64,000 nucleotides of DNA from Mobula hypostoma (taxonomy: Eukaryota). Every line of letters begins with the position of its first letter. Positions within the stretch are counted from its first letter, which is position 1. Position numbers and translations under genes: made by a program. The stretch covers positions 108,750,001 to 108,814,000 of the forward strand of contig NC_086097.1 in assembly GCF_963921235.1 (NCBI RefSeq), read 5' to 3'. The notes under the pieces are model-generated. The model ran no database searches. It had not been told where the DNA came from and was given only the letters and a program-made list of their open reading frames with translations. This document shows positions 13,451 through 26,150 of the stretch, in pieces.

Positions 13451-14381
13451 AACATATCCATGTAGTTATAAATAAGGTAAGACAGCGGCTATACTTTATT
13501 AGGAGTTTGAAATAATTTGGCACGTCAAAAAATACACTCAAAAACTTCTATAGATGTACTGTGGAGAGCATTCTGACAGGCTGCATCACTGTCTGGCATG
13601 GAGGGGCTACTGCACAGGACCAAAAAAGGCTGCAGAGCGTTGTAAATTCAGTCAGCTCCATCTTAGGTTCTAGCCTACAAAGTACCCAAGACATCTTCAG
13701 GGAGCATTATCTCAGAAAGGCAGCGTCCATTATTAAAGACCTCCAGCACCCAGGCCATGCCCATTTCTCACTGTTACCATCGCTAGGAGGTACAGAAGCC
13801 TGAAGGCACACACTCAGTGATTCAGGAACAGCTTCTTCCCCTTTGCCATCCGATTGCCAAATGGACATTGAGCCCTTGGATACTACCTCACTTTTTTTAA
13901 ATATACAGTTTTTTTGCACATTTCTAATCTATTCAATACACGTATACAGTAATTTATTTATTTATTTATTTATTTATTTATTATTTTTCTTTTTTTTCTC
14001 TTCTGTATTATGTATTGCATTGAACTGCTGCTGCTAAGTTAACATATTTCATGTCACATGCTAGTGATAAGAAACCTGATTCTGATGTCTTGTATCTAAC
14101 TTGGTAGCCAGACCTGAAAGCCACTGATCTCTTTAGCCTCTGCTTGTATGCATGTAGAAGGACAGACAAGTGTGCAAATTTTCTGAAATGGAGTCTAGCA
14201 TAGAATGGTAGGCATTCCTTATCATAATATAGTACTGGTCATTTTTGTTGGGACCCCTGGTGCTGCAGGTTATATGCTGATGATAATTGGGCAGTGCTTT
14301 ATTCAAACAAGCTTGATTGAAGTCCCCAGATATTATTTGAAATGTATCAGGGTGGGCCGTTTCTTGTTTGATCAGAATCAG

Positions 14382-14505
14382 ACCAGGCAGCATCAGGAAG
14401 AGGTACAGTCGATGTTTTGGGCCGAGACCCTTCATCAGGACTAACTGAAAGAAGATATAGTAAGAGATTTTAGATAGTAAGAGGTAGAGGAGAGGAGGAG
14501 AAGGT
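14382..14505 (-). mobile_element. PLE pseudo-LTR fragment with mutated hammerhead core
   Basis: Matches the pseudo-LTR, but the core reads AAAAC ATC instead of GAAAC GTC. Confidence 0.75.
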
Positions 14506-15174
14506 GGTGGTGCGACGCAGCGCACACGGCCACTCCGAAATGATATTGTATTTGTAAGTAGGGGCCGTGCACAATCCTAATTTGATGGAGACAGATGTGT
14601 GAAGCACAGAGGAACATCTGGAGAAACTTCTGAAATGTCTGCTTTGCTGCTGCTGCTACTGTGCGATCGAGAATCTCCGGAGGGGAAGGGCCCAAATCCT
14701 CAGCTTTGCCTATTGCCTGTTGCCAGGGCTGGGGTCGAAGCGCTCAGCAGAGATGGTGCTCGGTGTTCGGTATCGGAGGGCTGGTCGGAGGCTTGAAGTT
14801 TTCGGATGGACTCATGAGTCGGCTGTGGTCGGGTGCTTCCAGGGTGCTGCATCAGCAAGTTTGCGGCGCTGGAGGTTCATGGCAGGGAGAGTTTTTTTTT
14901 CCTTCCTTCTACTGTCTGCATGAGATGATGGGACTTTCGAGAGACTTTGAGACTTTTTTTTACCGTGCCCATGGTCTGTTCTGTATCAAATTACGGTATT
15001 GCTTTGCACTGTTGTAACTGTATGTTATAATTATGTGGTTTTTGTCAGTTTTTCAGTCTTGATTTGTCTTGTGTTTCTGTGGTATCATTCTGGAGGAACA
15101 TTATATCGTTTCTTAATGCATGCATTACTAAATGACAATAAAAGAGGACTGCGTGTCCTCATAATCTAATCTAA
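14506..15174 (+). mobile_element. Probable LINE 3' UTR or non-autonomous retroelement with (ATCTA)n tail
   Basis: CpG-rich body ending aataaaa...ataatctaatctaat. Family not recognised. Confidence 0.4.
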
Positions 15175-15355
15175 TTATCACCAGCGTGTGACGTGAAATT
15201 TGTTAACTTAGCAGCAGCAGTTCAATGCAATACATAATCTAGCAGAGACTGAAAAATTAGTTATAACAAATAAAAAACATAATAATAAATAAACAAGTAA
15301 ATTACATATACTGAATAGATCATTAAAAAGTGTGCAAAAACAGAAATACTGTATT

Positions 15356-16188
15356 CAGGTCCACAATCCCTTATCCAAAATCCTTGAAGCCAGTTGCATT
15401 TTGGAATTTTTTGGATTTCAGACCCCCCACCCCCCGATACCAAAAAACACGTATGCTCAAGTCCCTTATTTAACCTGTCTCAGTGCAGTGGACTTTAGGA
15501 CCCAGCGGCACACCAAACCTACACACATCCTCCTGTATACTTTAAATCATCTCTGGATTATCTATAATACCTAATACAATGTAAATACTATGTAAATAAT
15601 TGTTATACTGTATTGTTTAGGAAATAATGACAAGAAGAAATTTTATTTCCAACAAAAACATTCAATAAAACAAAAATATACAGCTTCAACCGAACCAAAT
15701 CAAACACATGGTAAATGAGTTATTGGAATAAATGTAGAACGTCACTGTCACTGTCACTATAAAACTTCAGTAACTTGTCTTTCTGTTTATTTAAATCATA
15801 TACAGTGGTAGTTCCAACACTATTTTCTTCAGTAAGACGCCGCACAGACACACCACGATCAAGCTTCTGCAATAACTCCATTTTCTGCGTTATTGATAAT
15901 GAAACAGATGTTTCCTTCTCCTTTTCTCATTGTTACCCCGAGGGGTATCTGCAGCTCTTTTTGACATTTTCACAGTGAAATTAAACACAAAGTCAACAGT
16001 GAACACAAAATATCAGCGAACAGCAAATGCACGTGTAACCAATACGAGTGCTGAGCTACAACTGACATCTGGTGGACTCTGCTAGTGCTGCCACGTCACA
16101 CCTGAGTGACGTCCGCTGTCAGCGAAAAAAACTTTGGTTTTTGGAGCTTTTTGGATTTCAGAATTTTGGATAAAGGAATGTGCACCTG
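15356..16188 (-). mobile_element. Tigger/pogo-like non-autonomous DNA transposon
   Basis: TIRs caggtccacaatcccttatccaaaat / attttggataaaggaatgtgcacctg, followed by TA. Minus-strand remnant MSKRAADTPRGNNEK...QKMELLQKLDRGVSV resembles an HTH-psq domain. Confidence 0.8.
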
Positions 16189-17275
16189 TATTAAAAGAAG
16201 TGAGGTAGTATATAAAACTTCAAAGTCCATTTAGGAATCGGATGGCAGGGGGGGAAGAAGCTGTTCCTGAATCACTGAGTGTGTGCCTTCAGGCTTCTGT
16301 ATCTCCTACCTGATGGTAACAGTGAGAAAAGGGCATGCCCTGGGCGCTGGAGGTCCTTAATAATGGACGCTGCCTTTCTGAGACACCGCTGCCTAAGGAC
16401 GTCCTGGGTACTTTGTTGGCTAGTGCCCAAGATGGAGCTGACTAGATTTACAAACCTTCTGCAGCTTCTTTCAGTCCTGTGCAGGAGCCCCTCCATACCA
16501 GACAGTGATGCAGCCTGTCAGAATGCTCTCCATGGTACAACTATAGAAGTTTTTGAGTGTATTTGTTGGCATGCCAAATCGGTTCAAGCTCCTAATAAAG
16601 TATAGCTGCTGTCTGCCTTCTTTATGACTACATCAATGTGTTGGGATCAGGTTAGATCCTCGGAGATCTTGACACCCAGGAAATTGAAGCTGCTCACTCT
16701 CTCCACTTCTGATCCCTCTATGAGGATTGGTATGTGTTCCTTTGTCTTATCCTTCCTGAAGTCCACAATCAGCTCTTTTGTCTTACTGACGTTGATTGCC
16801 AGGTTGTTGCTGTGGCACCATTCCACTAGTTGGCATATAGTTCACTCCTGTACGCCCTCTCGTCACCACCTGAGATTCTACCAACAATGGTTGTATCGTC
16901 AGCAAATTTGTGAATGGTATTTGAGCTATGCCTAGCCACACAGTCATGTGTATACAGACAAGGCTAAGTACACACCCCTGAGGTGTGCCAGTGTTGGTCG
17001 TCAGCGAAGAGGACATGTTATCACCAATCCACACAGACTGTGGTCTTCCCGTTAGGAAGTTGAAGACACAATTACAGAGGGAGATACAGAGGCCCAGGGT
17101 CTGCAACTTCTCAATCAGGATTGTGGGAATGATGGTTTTTAATGCAGAGCTATAGTTGATGAAAAGCATCCTGACGTAAACAACAGGAATTCTGCAGATG
17201 CTGGAAATTCAAGCAACACACATCAAAGTTGCTGGTGAACGCAGCAGGCCAGGCAGCATCTCTAGGAAGAGGTAC

Positions 17276-17311
17276 AGTCGACGTTTCAGGCCAAGAGCCT
17301 TCGTCAGGACT
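17276..17311 (-). ncRNA. Minimal hammerhead ribozyme motif, core intact
   Basis: Minus strand reads agtc CTGACGA aggc tcttg gcct GAAAC GTC gact. Confidence 0.7.
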
Positions 17312-18018
17312 AACTGAAGGAAGAGTTAGTAAGAGATTTGAAAGTGGGAGGGGAAGGGGGAGATCCAAAATGAAAGGAGAAGACAGGAGGGGGAGGGATG
17401 AAGCCAAGAGCTGGACAGGTGATTGGCAAAGGGGATATGAGAGGATCATGGGACAGGAGGCCTGGGGAGAAAGACAAGGGGGGGGGAACCCAGAGGATGG
17501 GCAAGGGGTATAGTCAGAGGGACAGAGGGAGAAAAAGGAGAGTGAGAGAAAGAATGTGTGTATAAAAATAAATAACGGATGGGGTACGAGGGGGAGGTGG
17601 GGCATTAGCGGCCTCCTCTACTGTAAAGATGAAGCCACACTCAGGTTGGAGGAACAACACCTTATATTCCGTCTGGGTAGCCTCCAACCTGATGGCATGA
17701 ACATTGACTTCTCTAACTTCCGCTAATGCCCCACCTCCCCCTCGTACCCCATCCGTTATTTATTTTTATACACACATTCTTTCTCTCACTCTCCTTTTTC
17801 TCCCTCTGTCCCTCTGACTATACCCCTTGCCCATCCTCTGGGTTCCCCCCCCTTGTCTTTCTCCCCAGGCCTCCTGTCCCATGATCCTCTCATATCCCCT
17901 TTGCCAATCACCTGTCCAGCTCTTGGCTTCATCCCTCCCCCTCCTGTCTTCTCCTTTCATTTTGGATCTCCCCCTTCCCCTCCCACTTTCAAATCTCTTA
18001 CTAACTCTTCCTTCAGTT

Positions 18019-18054
18019 AGTCCTGACGAAGGGTCTCGGCCTGAAACGTCGACT
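18019..18054 (+). ncRNA. Minimal hammerhead ribozyme motif, core intact
   Basis: agtc CTGACGA agggtctcggcct GAAAC GTC gact. Confidence 0.7.
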
Positions 18055-18955
18055 GTACCTCTTCCTAGAGATGCTGCCTGGTCTGCTGCGTTCACCAGCA
18101 ACTTTGAAGCATCCTGACGTAGGTGTTTGTGTTGTCTAGGTGGTATAAAACCGTGTGAAAAACCATGGAGATTATGTCTGCCATTGACCTATTGTGACGA
18201 TAGGCAAATTGCAATTTAACCAGGTCCTTGCTGAGGCAGGAGTTCAGTCTGGTCATAACCAACCTCTCAAAGCATTTCATCACTGTCAATGATAGTCGTT
18301 AAGGCAGCCCATATTATTCTTCTTTGGCACTGGTAAAATTGTTGTCCGATGAGACCTCTCTTACTAAGTAGAACAGGTATTAGATGTTCTAGGTTGTGGG
18401 ATCAAGTGTATGACAAAACCACCAGATCGGAGTGCCACAAAGGATTTCTTATGAAACACAGACGCCCATTATCTGCCTTCTCAGAGTCAGCAGTCCAGTT
18501 CATCCTGTGCATCAAGTATCTGGCGTGTACAGAGTGAGCCATGTCTCTGTGAAACTCAGAACACAGCAATTCCTCATTTCCCTCAGACAGAGCAATCTTT
18601 CCCTTAGATCCTCATTTTTGACAGAGAGCACCCAGATTGAACCCACATCTCTGGCGTGATGAGGCAGTGACTTTCTCAGTTGTGTCACTCTCTTGGTCTC
18701 TGTGATACTTGTGGCAGAACAGTCAATTAACAATTAAAAAAAAACCTTTTGCAATGTCCTTGAGCCATCCTGTTTGCTCAAAACTGTGGTAATTCAACTG
18801 AATGGTGTTTTGAATTACCTTGAGTAATAATCTCTTAAATTGCAATTTTTGTAATAAAAAATCCAAACAGGAAAAGATTGATTTTAGTCCCAATCAGCAT
18901 TTCAATATTAAAACTAGTAACTAATTATCAAAACTGTAAGGGAATTGCAACTCAC

Positions 18956-19101
18956 TCCAAACTCTCTTTCTGGACATCGGGGCCATTGTTCAATAACTTC
19001 CCACGCTGCATAACTTTGGGTTGAGTCAGAAAACTAGCTTCTTTTTGTTTCTTTTCCTTCACTGAGTCTTTCTCCTGAAAGTCAATCAATGGTTGAAAAT
19101 A
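18956..19101 (-). CDS. RGS22: RGS22 coding exon, phase 0 to 2
   Basis: ttctgcag|TAT...TTG GA|gtgagt. Open frame YFQPLIDFQEKDSVKEKKQKEASFLTQPKVMQRGKLLNNGPDVQKESL. Supported by splice sites and phase fit, with low remembered similarity. Confidence 0.75.
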
Positions 19102-19451
19102 CTGCAGAAACATAACTAAATGAAAATTATTTTTATTTTCCTTCAAAGCAACCTATATTATATATGTAATAATATGCATGACTTATGCTTTGCAAAAATG
19201 TTTTGATCACGTCACACTTGCCTTTATTTACCTTTTTCTCTCTATTTACCATTAAATGGTTCCTTTGAGTTTTGTTATGTTGATGGTTCTGGGAAGCCGG
19301 GTGGCCCTGAATAACACACACGAGAGATGGAGGTAAGGAACAAACATACAGCTGTTTATTTTACTTGTAGATCATCTACCCAGAATATCCTCTCACTGAA
19401 TACACCGGGAAGCTTGACAGCAACCCGTAAGGGTCAGAACATACATGAATA

Positions 19452-21055
19452 CAGTGGCATGCAAAAGTTTGGGCACCCTGGTCAAAATTTATGTTACTGT
19501 GAATAATTAAGTGAGTAAAAGATGAACTGATCTCCAAAAGTCATAAAGTTAAAGATCAAACATTCTTTTCAACATTTTAAGCAAGATTAGTGTATTATTT
19601 TTGTTTTGTACAATTTTAGAGTGAAAAAAAGGAGCACCATGCAAAAGTTTGGGCACCCCAAGAGATTTGAGCTCTCAGATAACTTTTACCAAGGTCTCAG
19701 ATCTTAATTTGTTTGTTAGGGCTATGGCTTGTTCACAGTCATCATTAGGAAAGGCCATGTGATGCAAATTTCAAAGCTTTATAAATACCCTGACTCCTCA
19801 GATCTTGTCCCAATAATCAGCAGCCATGGGCTCCTCTAAGCAGCTACCTAGCACTCTGACAATTAAAATAAATGATGCCCAAAAAGCAGGAGAAGGCTAT
19901 AAGAAGATAGCAAAGCGTTTTCAGGTAGCCGTTTCCTCAGTTCGTAATGTAATTAAGAAATGGCAGTTAACAGGAACGGTGGAGATCAAGCTGAGGTCTG
20001 GAAGACCAAGAAAGCTTTCTGAGAGAACTGCTCGTAGGATTGCTAGAAAGGAAAATCAAAACCCCCATTTGACTGCAAAAGACCTTCAGGAAGATTTAGC
20101 AGACTCTGGAGTGGTGGTGCACTGTTCTACTGTGCAGCGACACCTGCACAAATATGACCTTCATGGAAGAATCATCAGAAGAAAACCTTTCCTGCGTCCC
20201 CAACACAAAATTCAGTGTCAGAAGTTTGCAAAGGAACATCTAAACAAGCCTGATGTATTTTGGAAACAAGTCTTGTGGACTGATGAAGTTAAAATAGAAC
20301 TTTTTGGTTGCAATGAGCAAAGGTATGTTTGGAGTAAAAAGGGTACAGAATTTCATGAAAAGAACATCTCTCCAACTGTTAAGCACAGGAGTGGATCAAT
20401 CATGCTTTGGGCTTGTGTTGCAGCCAGTGGTACAGGGAACATTTCACTGGTAGAGGGAATTCAATTAAATACCAGCAAGTTCTGGAAGCAAACATCACAC
20501 CATCTGTAAAAAAGCCGAAGATGAAAAGAGGATGGCTTCTACAACAGGATAATGATCCTAAACACACTTCAAAATCTACAATGGACTACCTCAAGAGGCA
20601 CAAGCTGAAGGTTTTGCCATGGCCCTCACAGTCCCCCGACCTAAACATCATCGAAAATCTGTGAAAATCAAAAGAGCAGTGCATGCAAGACGGCCAAGAA
20701 TCTCACAGAACTAGAAGCCTTTTGCAAGGAAGAATGGGCGAAAATCCCCCAAATAAGAATTGGAAGACTCTTAATTGGCTACAGAAAGTGTTTATAAGCT
20801 ATGATACTTGCCAAAGGGGGTGTTACTAAGTACTGACTATGCAGGGTGCCCAAACTTTTGCTTCGGGCCCTTTTCCTTTTTTGTTATTTTGAGACTGTAA
20901 AAGATGGAAATAAAAAAGTAATCTACTTAAAATATTAAAGAAATGTGTCATCTTTAACTTTATGCCTTTTGGAAATCAGGTCATCTTTTACTCACTTAGC
21001 TATTCATAGTAACAGAAATTTTGACCAGGGGTGCCCAAACTTTTGCACGCCACTG
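19452..21055 (+). mobile_element. Tc1 (IR/DR type) DNA transposon, full length (1604 bp), transposase inactivated
   Basis: TA|cagtggcatgcaaaagtttgggcaccc...gggtgcccaaacttttgcacgccactg|TA, with inner direct repeats near 19641 and 20844. Confidence 0.95.
19826..20835 (+). pseudogene. Tc1 DD34E transposase pseudogene
   Basis: HTH region (GYKKIAKRF, RSGRPRK) plus VLWTDE, QQDNDPKH and SPDLNIIENL. Frameshift near 20455 and a stop at 20662. Confidence 0.9.
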
Positions 21056-21669
21056 TACATAACACACCCCTCCCCTCCCCACGTATTTTAGAGGTTTCTC
21101 CCCCTTCCCATACACAGACCAGCTGCTGACATTCAGTGGAGTAATCATCAAATTCAACCAACAACAAAAGACATTTTTTTCTAAGCAGGGGACTGTTTCT
21201 ACATCCAGACATAACCCTGGGGATTATTCTTCCCACGTGCTGAGGGTTAGTCACTAAACTGGAGATTCAATCTGCCTGTTCCTGTGAGGGAACTGACGAC
21301 CTGGAGGATGACGCCAAAGACATTTTATCTCTTGGTGGTGTAGTATAGATCTTGACTTGGGCACTGCATTGTCAGTAGGGAGAATACTCAGAAAGCACAG
21401 GTGATGGAGGAGCAATGCCTGTGTTATTTGATCTTAACAGAAGTTTTGTAGTTGTTGTCTCAGAATCCTGTCCCATTTCTACAGCTGGATCCGGATTGGT
21501 CAGTTTGTGTTGGGTTTCAGTAGCTTCAGAGTGGGAACAGCTGATCAACTTGTCTGCTCCAGATGTTGTGGTTACTAGTTTCCACTGTGTATGACACATT
21601 ACCAGTTTGTACCACCACTGTCACAGGTATCAGCTTTGTTCCAGAGATGTAGTTCTGGGCAAGCAAGCA

Positions 21670-23236
21670 CAGGTGTCCCCTGCTTTTCGAACGTTCGCTT
21701 TACGAAACCTCATTGTTATGAAAGACCTGCATTAGTACCCTATTTTAACTTTCAGAAGGTGTTTTCATTATTACGAAAAAAAAGCAGCGCGCGATAAAAA
21801 ATCAGCGTGCGAAAAAATCAGCGCAGGATAAAAGGCAGCGCACGCCCCAAACAGCCACTCTCCCCCGGATTCAGAACTGCATTCTTGCCGGCATTGCTTA
21901 AACTCGTGCCTGTGAGCAGTCGTTTGCAAGATGAGTTCTAAGGTATCGGAAAAGCCTAAAAGAGCTCGTAAGGGTGTTACACTTGGGTAAAACTAGACAT
22001 AATTAAGCGTTTTGATCGTGGTGAACAAAGCAAGGACAAAGTGAGTTTGGCTTGTGGAAGCTGACGAACATGATGTTGAAGAGGTTTTGGCATCCCATGA
22101 CCAAGATCTGATAGATGAAGAGCTGATGCAATTGGAAGAAAAAGGATAACAATCGAAACCGAATGCAGTAGCGAACTGAATGTGAAGCAACTGCATGAGA
22201 TTTTCGCTGCAATGTTAAAGTACGACTTTAATTTTGAAAGGGTATGTAGGTTTAGGGGATATTTGCAAGATGGTTTGAGTGTTTACAAAGAACTGTGTGA
22301 TAGAAAAATGCACGAGGCTCAGCAGCCAAGCAAGCCTTCCACATCAGCCACAGCAGACGATGAACCTCGACCTTCGACATCGAAGCAGGCAAACATAGGA
22401 GAAGATGAGCAGCTTGCCCTGATGGAAATAGATGACGATGAGGTGACACCCCAGTGTCCCACCACCCCAACCCCTGGCTACGGACAGATACCGATTCGCG
22501 GAGAATGCAGCGGTAGCCGGGAGGCACACAGCACATCTTTAAGAAAAAAGCTGAAATAAACATGCTAATTAACTAGGTGCCACCCGACAATTATGTGCCG
22601 GGCGGCACCTAATTAATTAGCATGTTTGTTTCGACTTTTTTTCTTAAAGATGTGCTGTGTGCCTCCCGGCTACCGCTGCAACCCTGCATGCTTCGCGGAT
22701 CGGTATAGGTTGGTGGCCCGGAGGGTGGGGGCCACTGAACCACCCCAACCTGCGACGACTCAGCCTAACACACCATCATCAGTGTGCTTTACGCTGTCCC
22801 GATTCCGGTAAGTGATACTACACTGTACATACATTATTTCTACTTTATATAGGCTGTGTATTTTTACGTGTTATTTGGTATGATTTGGCAGCTTCATAGC
22901 TTAAAGGTTACTGGAGAGCGCTTGCGCCGTGTTTTTGCCAACAGCGCTTGTGTGAAATTTTCGCTACGGAGAACAGTGCAGTAATGATCATGGAAAAGTA
23001 TTTCTACTTTATATAGGCTGTGTATTTATCATATCATTCCTGCTTTTACTATATGTTACTGTTGTTTTAGGTTTTATGTGTTATTTGGCATGATTTGGTA
23101 GGTTATTTTTGGGTCTGCAAACGCTCACAAAATTTTCCCATATGAATAAATGGTAACTGCTTCTTCGCTTTACGACATTTCGGCTTACGAACCATTTCAT
23201 AGGAACGCTCTACCTTCGGATGGTGGGGGAAACCTG
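21670..23236 (+). mobile_element. Tigger/pogo-like deletion derivative
   Basis: TIRs caggtgtcccc / ggggaaacctg, followed by TA. Remnant MSSKVSEKPKRARKGVTLG*KLDIIKRFDRGE. Confidence 0.8.
22452..22737. mobile_element. Palindromic hAT-like MITE nested in the Tigger element
   Basis: Hairpin of about 175 bp (22506-22680). The right end cggagggtgggggccactg and the subterminal motif are shared with the MITE at 54210-54810. No TSD was seen. Confidence 0.65.
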
Positions 23237-24698
23237 TATACTCTCTCCTGTAGTGAAACTTTTGTACTGCACTTGGTACATCTCTCTGCTTGGGTATTCT
23301 GTTCAGTTAGCACAATGTTTTTGTTGCATATTTAATATTTTAGTAATCTTGTGTGTGTATATGATTAAGTATTCTTGTTCATTTAAATAATTCATGATGA
23401 GTTCTGTGTATAAATACGCAAATTGCATACATCATCACGCTGCCACTTGATACGTGTGCACCTCACTTAAAGCAAACATGAAGTTAGACTCACATTTCGG
23501 ACTCCCCTGTCTTCCTTTGTATTAGTTTAAGTTTTTGAAGTTACAAAACATACAGTTTTGTGTTTGGGGTCTAAGCAGGTCAAACTGGGTGCAAAGCTGT
23601 CTTTTCATCAGTGCAGCAACTGGAGCCATTTTGCTGGAGGCATTGAGGTGTGTTGTGGACGTCAGCAAGAAAGTGCTAAGATGCTAGTTGAAGGATCCAC
23701 TTCCCACTGAGGACTTGTTTCAATGTTTGTACAAATCATTCAGCAAGGCCTTTAGTGGCTAATGATATGGTGTTGACTTGATGTGCTGAACTCTGTTTCC
23801 ATCCATGAATGTCTTGAACACTTCAAACATTGTCACTTACAAGCTGTCGAGGAAGCCCAAAGCAGCTGAAAATGGAACTTAGCTCCTCAATGCTTTTTCC
23901 ATATGTGGTGCTATTCGTGATGGCAATCTCGAGTCCTGCAAAATCTATGTGAATCCCCTGCCATGGTTCTTCAGGCCATTCCATGGATGTAAAGGAGCAC
24001 GTTGAGAAACATTTCTCACTCACTGACAATGTGGGCATGCTTTGGCCTTCTCTTCAATAGTTACATCTCATCCTGACCACCAGCAGTGACCACACGCAAT
24101 TACTTTCATGCACACTATGCCTCTGTGTCCTGCATCAAGCACTTGCTTTCATAATGCTGGAGGAATAACAGCACAGTAGCCCCATAGTAAATATCCTGCT
24201 TGGACTGTGAGCTCCTTCCATTGAGCCTGGTAAGGTTTCAATTCTATGGCTGGCTCTCCTTTCCAATCATGAGTCACCGTGTCCACCACTTTAGATAGAA
24301 CAGTACATGTGTACTTCCAGACTTGTACCAGAGATATTGAGCTGTAGATACTTCCCTGAAGTAAAAGATCTCTTTCAGAGATGGCTCTGTAGCTATAACA
24401 GCTAAGAGAAGTCCGGATAGACCGTCAGCTTTCAAATGGTGGTTGGATCTCCTGTACTTTGTATTGTACTGATGTGCAAAACTCAAATGATTTTACAAGA
24501 TAGCAGCTTTTGTCCACATTATATAATTATTTGCATGTTTCCACAATGTGAGATAAATTTTGACAGCAGACAATTCAGCAGGAATTTACAATCTATTTTA
24601 ACAAGTTCCATTCTTATCTCAATCCTAGCCCTACATGTCCCTCTACATACATTTTCCTTCAGAAATCGCTAATTGCAAGAACTTAATATGATACTTAC

Positions 24699-24864
24699 TG
24701 GTTTTTGACTGTGGTCCAGCTTGGTATCAAACAGGCATATGTCAGCAGTCTTAGGAAAGGGGCCTACATTACATTTAGATCTCAACTGGTGATGCTCACA
24801 ATCTTTCACCACAACACCAGCTTCTCTTATGGGATATTCTTGGTTCATGCAATACCTTGGACCC
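24699..24864 (-). CDS. RGS22: RGS22 coding exon, phase 2 to 0
   Basis: ttttag|G GGT CCA AGG...CCA|gtaagt. Translates (W)GPRYCMNQEYPIREAGVVVKDCEHHQLRSKCNVGPFPKTADICLFDTKLDHSQKP, like human WAPRFC...PFP. Confidence 0.88.
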
Positions 24865-25059
24865 CTAAAATAGAAATAAAAAGTAAGAATTCAAACTTTT
24901 TCTTATTGGGATTCTTGTCAATTTGAAAGACTAATGTGCAGAAAAGAGCCCTTTGAACATCACAAATAGACATTTGTTAAATCACTATTGCAAAAGGAAA
25001 AACCTACTTTGCAATATTTGACTGCTTCTTACTGACACTGAAATTCTTTCTTATTTAAT

Positions 25060-25258
25060 TTCAGAGATACAGCACGGGTACAGCTCCTTCCAGCCCAATA
25101 GGCCCATGCCACTCAATTACACCTATGTGACCAATTAATCTACTAACCGGTAGGCTTTTGGAATGTGGGAGGAAACTGGAGCTTCGGGAAGAAACCCACA
25201 CAGTTACAGGAAGAACGTACAAACTCCTTACAGAGAGTGGCGGATTTGAACCCGGGTT
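25060..25258 (-). mobile_element. tRNA-derived SINE fragment (HE1/V-SINE-like)
   Basis: Minus-strand B-box-like gggttcaaatcc and core ggaatgtgggaggaaactggag. A similar copy lies near 57920-58090. Confidence 0.6.
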
Positions 25259-25454
25259 TGTTTATGTTTATATATAATCAATAATTTTCAGTGCTAATAA
25301 AAATAAAAATAAATCCAGTTTCACCTCAGATTTATGGCATTCTTCTTCTATAATAACTATGGGTAAACCATTCTATCTCATAGCTAACATTCACAATTTT
25401 TTAATTTTGCTTGGAACACTAATATAAATTTACTAGTGCTCTTCCTGTGCTCAC

Positions 25455-25616
25455 CAGTATAAAAGTAGAGGTTCTACAATCTCTTTCTGAATCTGACATA
25501 ATTTTTCCATTGTCCATTGTGATGTGAATGACAATCCCAGCCTTGCTCGTGCCTCTGCACTTATGTAGTATTCACCATTGCTAAACAAATACCGATTCTG
25601 TATTATGTTCAGATAT
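25455..25616 (-). CDS. RGS22: RGS22 coding exon, phase 2 to 2
   Basis: ttaaag|A TAT...TAC TG|gtgagc. Translates YLNIIQNRYLFSNGEYYISAEARARLGLSFTSQWTMEKLCQIQKEIVEPLLLY(W), like human ...YLVSNGDYYLSAE...IQSEVLKPLLLYW. Confidence 0.93.
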
Positions 25617-26020
25617 CTTTAAATGAGGAACAAATAAACATTAATTATTCATACAGGAAAAAAACAGAAAACCTTAACATGCAAAATTATTTGAACGAAT
25701 AGTAAAGACTAAAGTTGGATAAAGGTCAGTGTAATAGTATGTATTCAGATAAATAGAATTGTAATTAAACAAATCTGTGCATATTTCAGTGGGTTTAGTT
25801 TTATTGCAAGTAGAATGGAGACTGGAGAAAATCAATCTAAAACTGACAGGGAACGAAAGTACATTAGTAACCTTAACAGACACAAATGTAAAAAATTAAA
25901 ATCCCATCATGGCAGCTCCACAGTGCAGTAAATATCATAGAATTCTAAGAATAAATTATCTGCACCGTTTGTGACTCTGAACCTATAAGATTGCTGTAAA
26001 AACACAATGGTATCTACCTC

Positions 26021-26150
26021 ACACAACAGGAATTCTGCAGACGCTGGAAATTCAAGCAACACACATCAAAGTTGCTGGTGAACGCAGCAGGCCTCTTCCT
26101 GGAGATGCTGCCTGGTCTGCTGCGTTCACCAGCAACTTTGATGTGTGTTG
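26021..26150. mobile_element. 130 bp inverted mini-PLE insertion
   Basis: Two opposed pseudo-LTR termini. Flanked by a 14 bp TSD atggtat(c/a)tacctc at 26007-26020 and 26151-26164. Confidence 0.85.

Larger units (their letters stand above)
12685..14085 (+). mobile_element. Rex1/Babar LINE RT and 3' end, with a short PLE insertion at 13352-13448
   Basis: [21 protein letters not shown] and YKFADDTT motifs; ends in a ctgattctga tail. Confidence 0.88.
17179..18106. mobile_element. Inverted (hairpin) PLE insertion, two pseudo-LTR arms
   Basis: Minus arm 17179-17610 and plus arm about 17609-18106. Flanked by a 15 bp TSD aagcatcctgacgta at 17164-17178 and 18107-18121. Confidence 0.92.
15177..18330 (-). 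mobile_element. Rex1/Babar LINE (3' half), split by a Tigger-like insertion and an inverted PLE
   Basis: Minus-strand MKCFERLV...[18 protein letters not shown] and GTPQGCV. The 3' UTR resembles 13880-14070. Confidence 0.85.
19273..24480 (-). mobile_element. Old Gypsy-type LTR retrotransposon remnant (3' LTR plus integrase region) hosting Tc1 and Tigger insertions
   Basis: Short LTR with terminal inverted repeat tgttatg (19273) / cataaca (21064) and an adjacent purine tract on the minus strand. Integrase remnant EWPEEPWQGIHIDFAG...FSCFGLPRQLVSDN. Confidence 0.65.

Noticed and set aside
19826..20509. 227 aa ORF as an active or domesticated transposase
   Set aside because: It frameshifts before the second catalytic Asp and has a stop after the Glu motif.
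24480..24670. Open frame just downstream of exon 24699-24864
   Set aside because: It would need an intron of about 30 nt and shows no RGS22 similarity.
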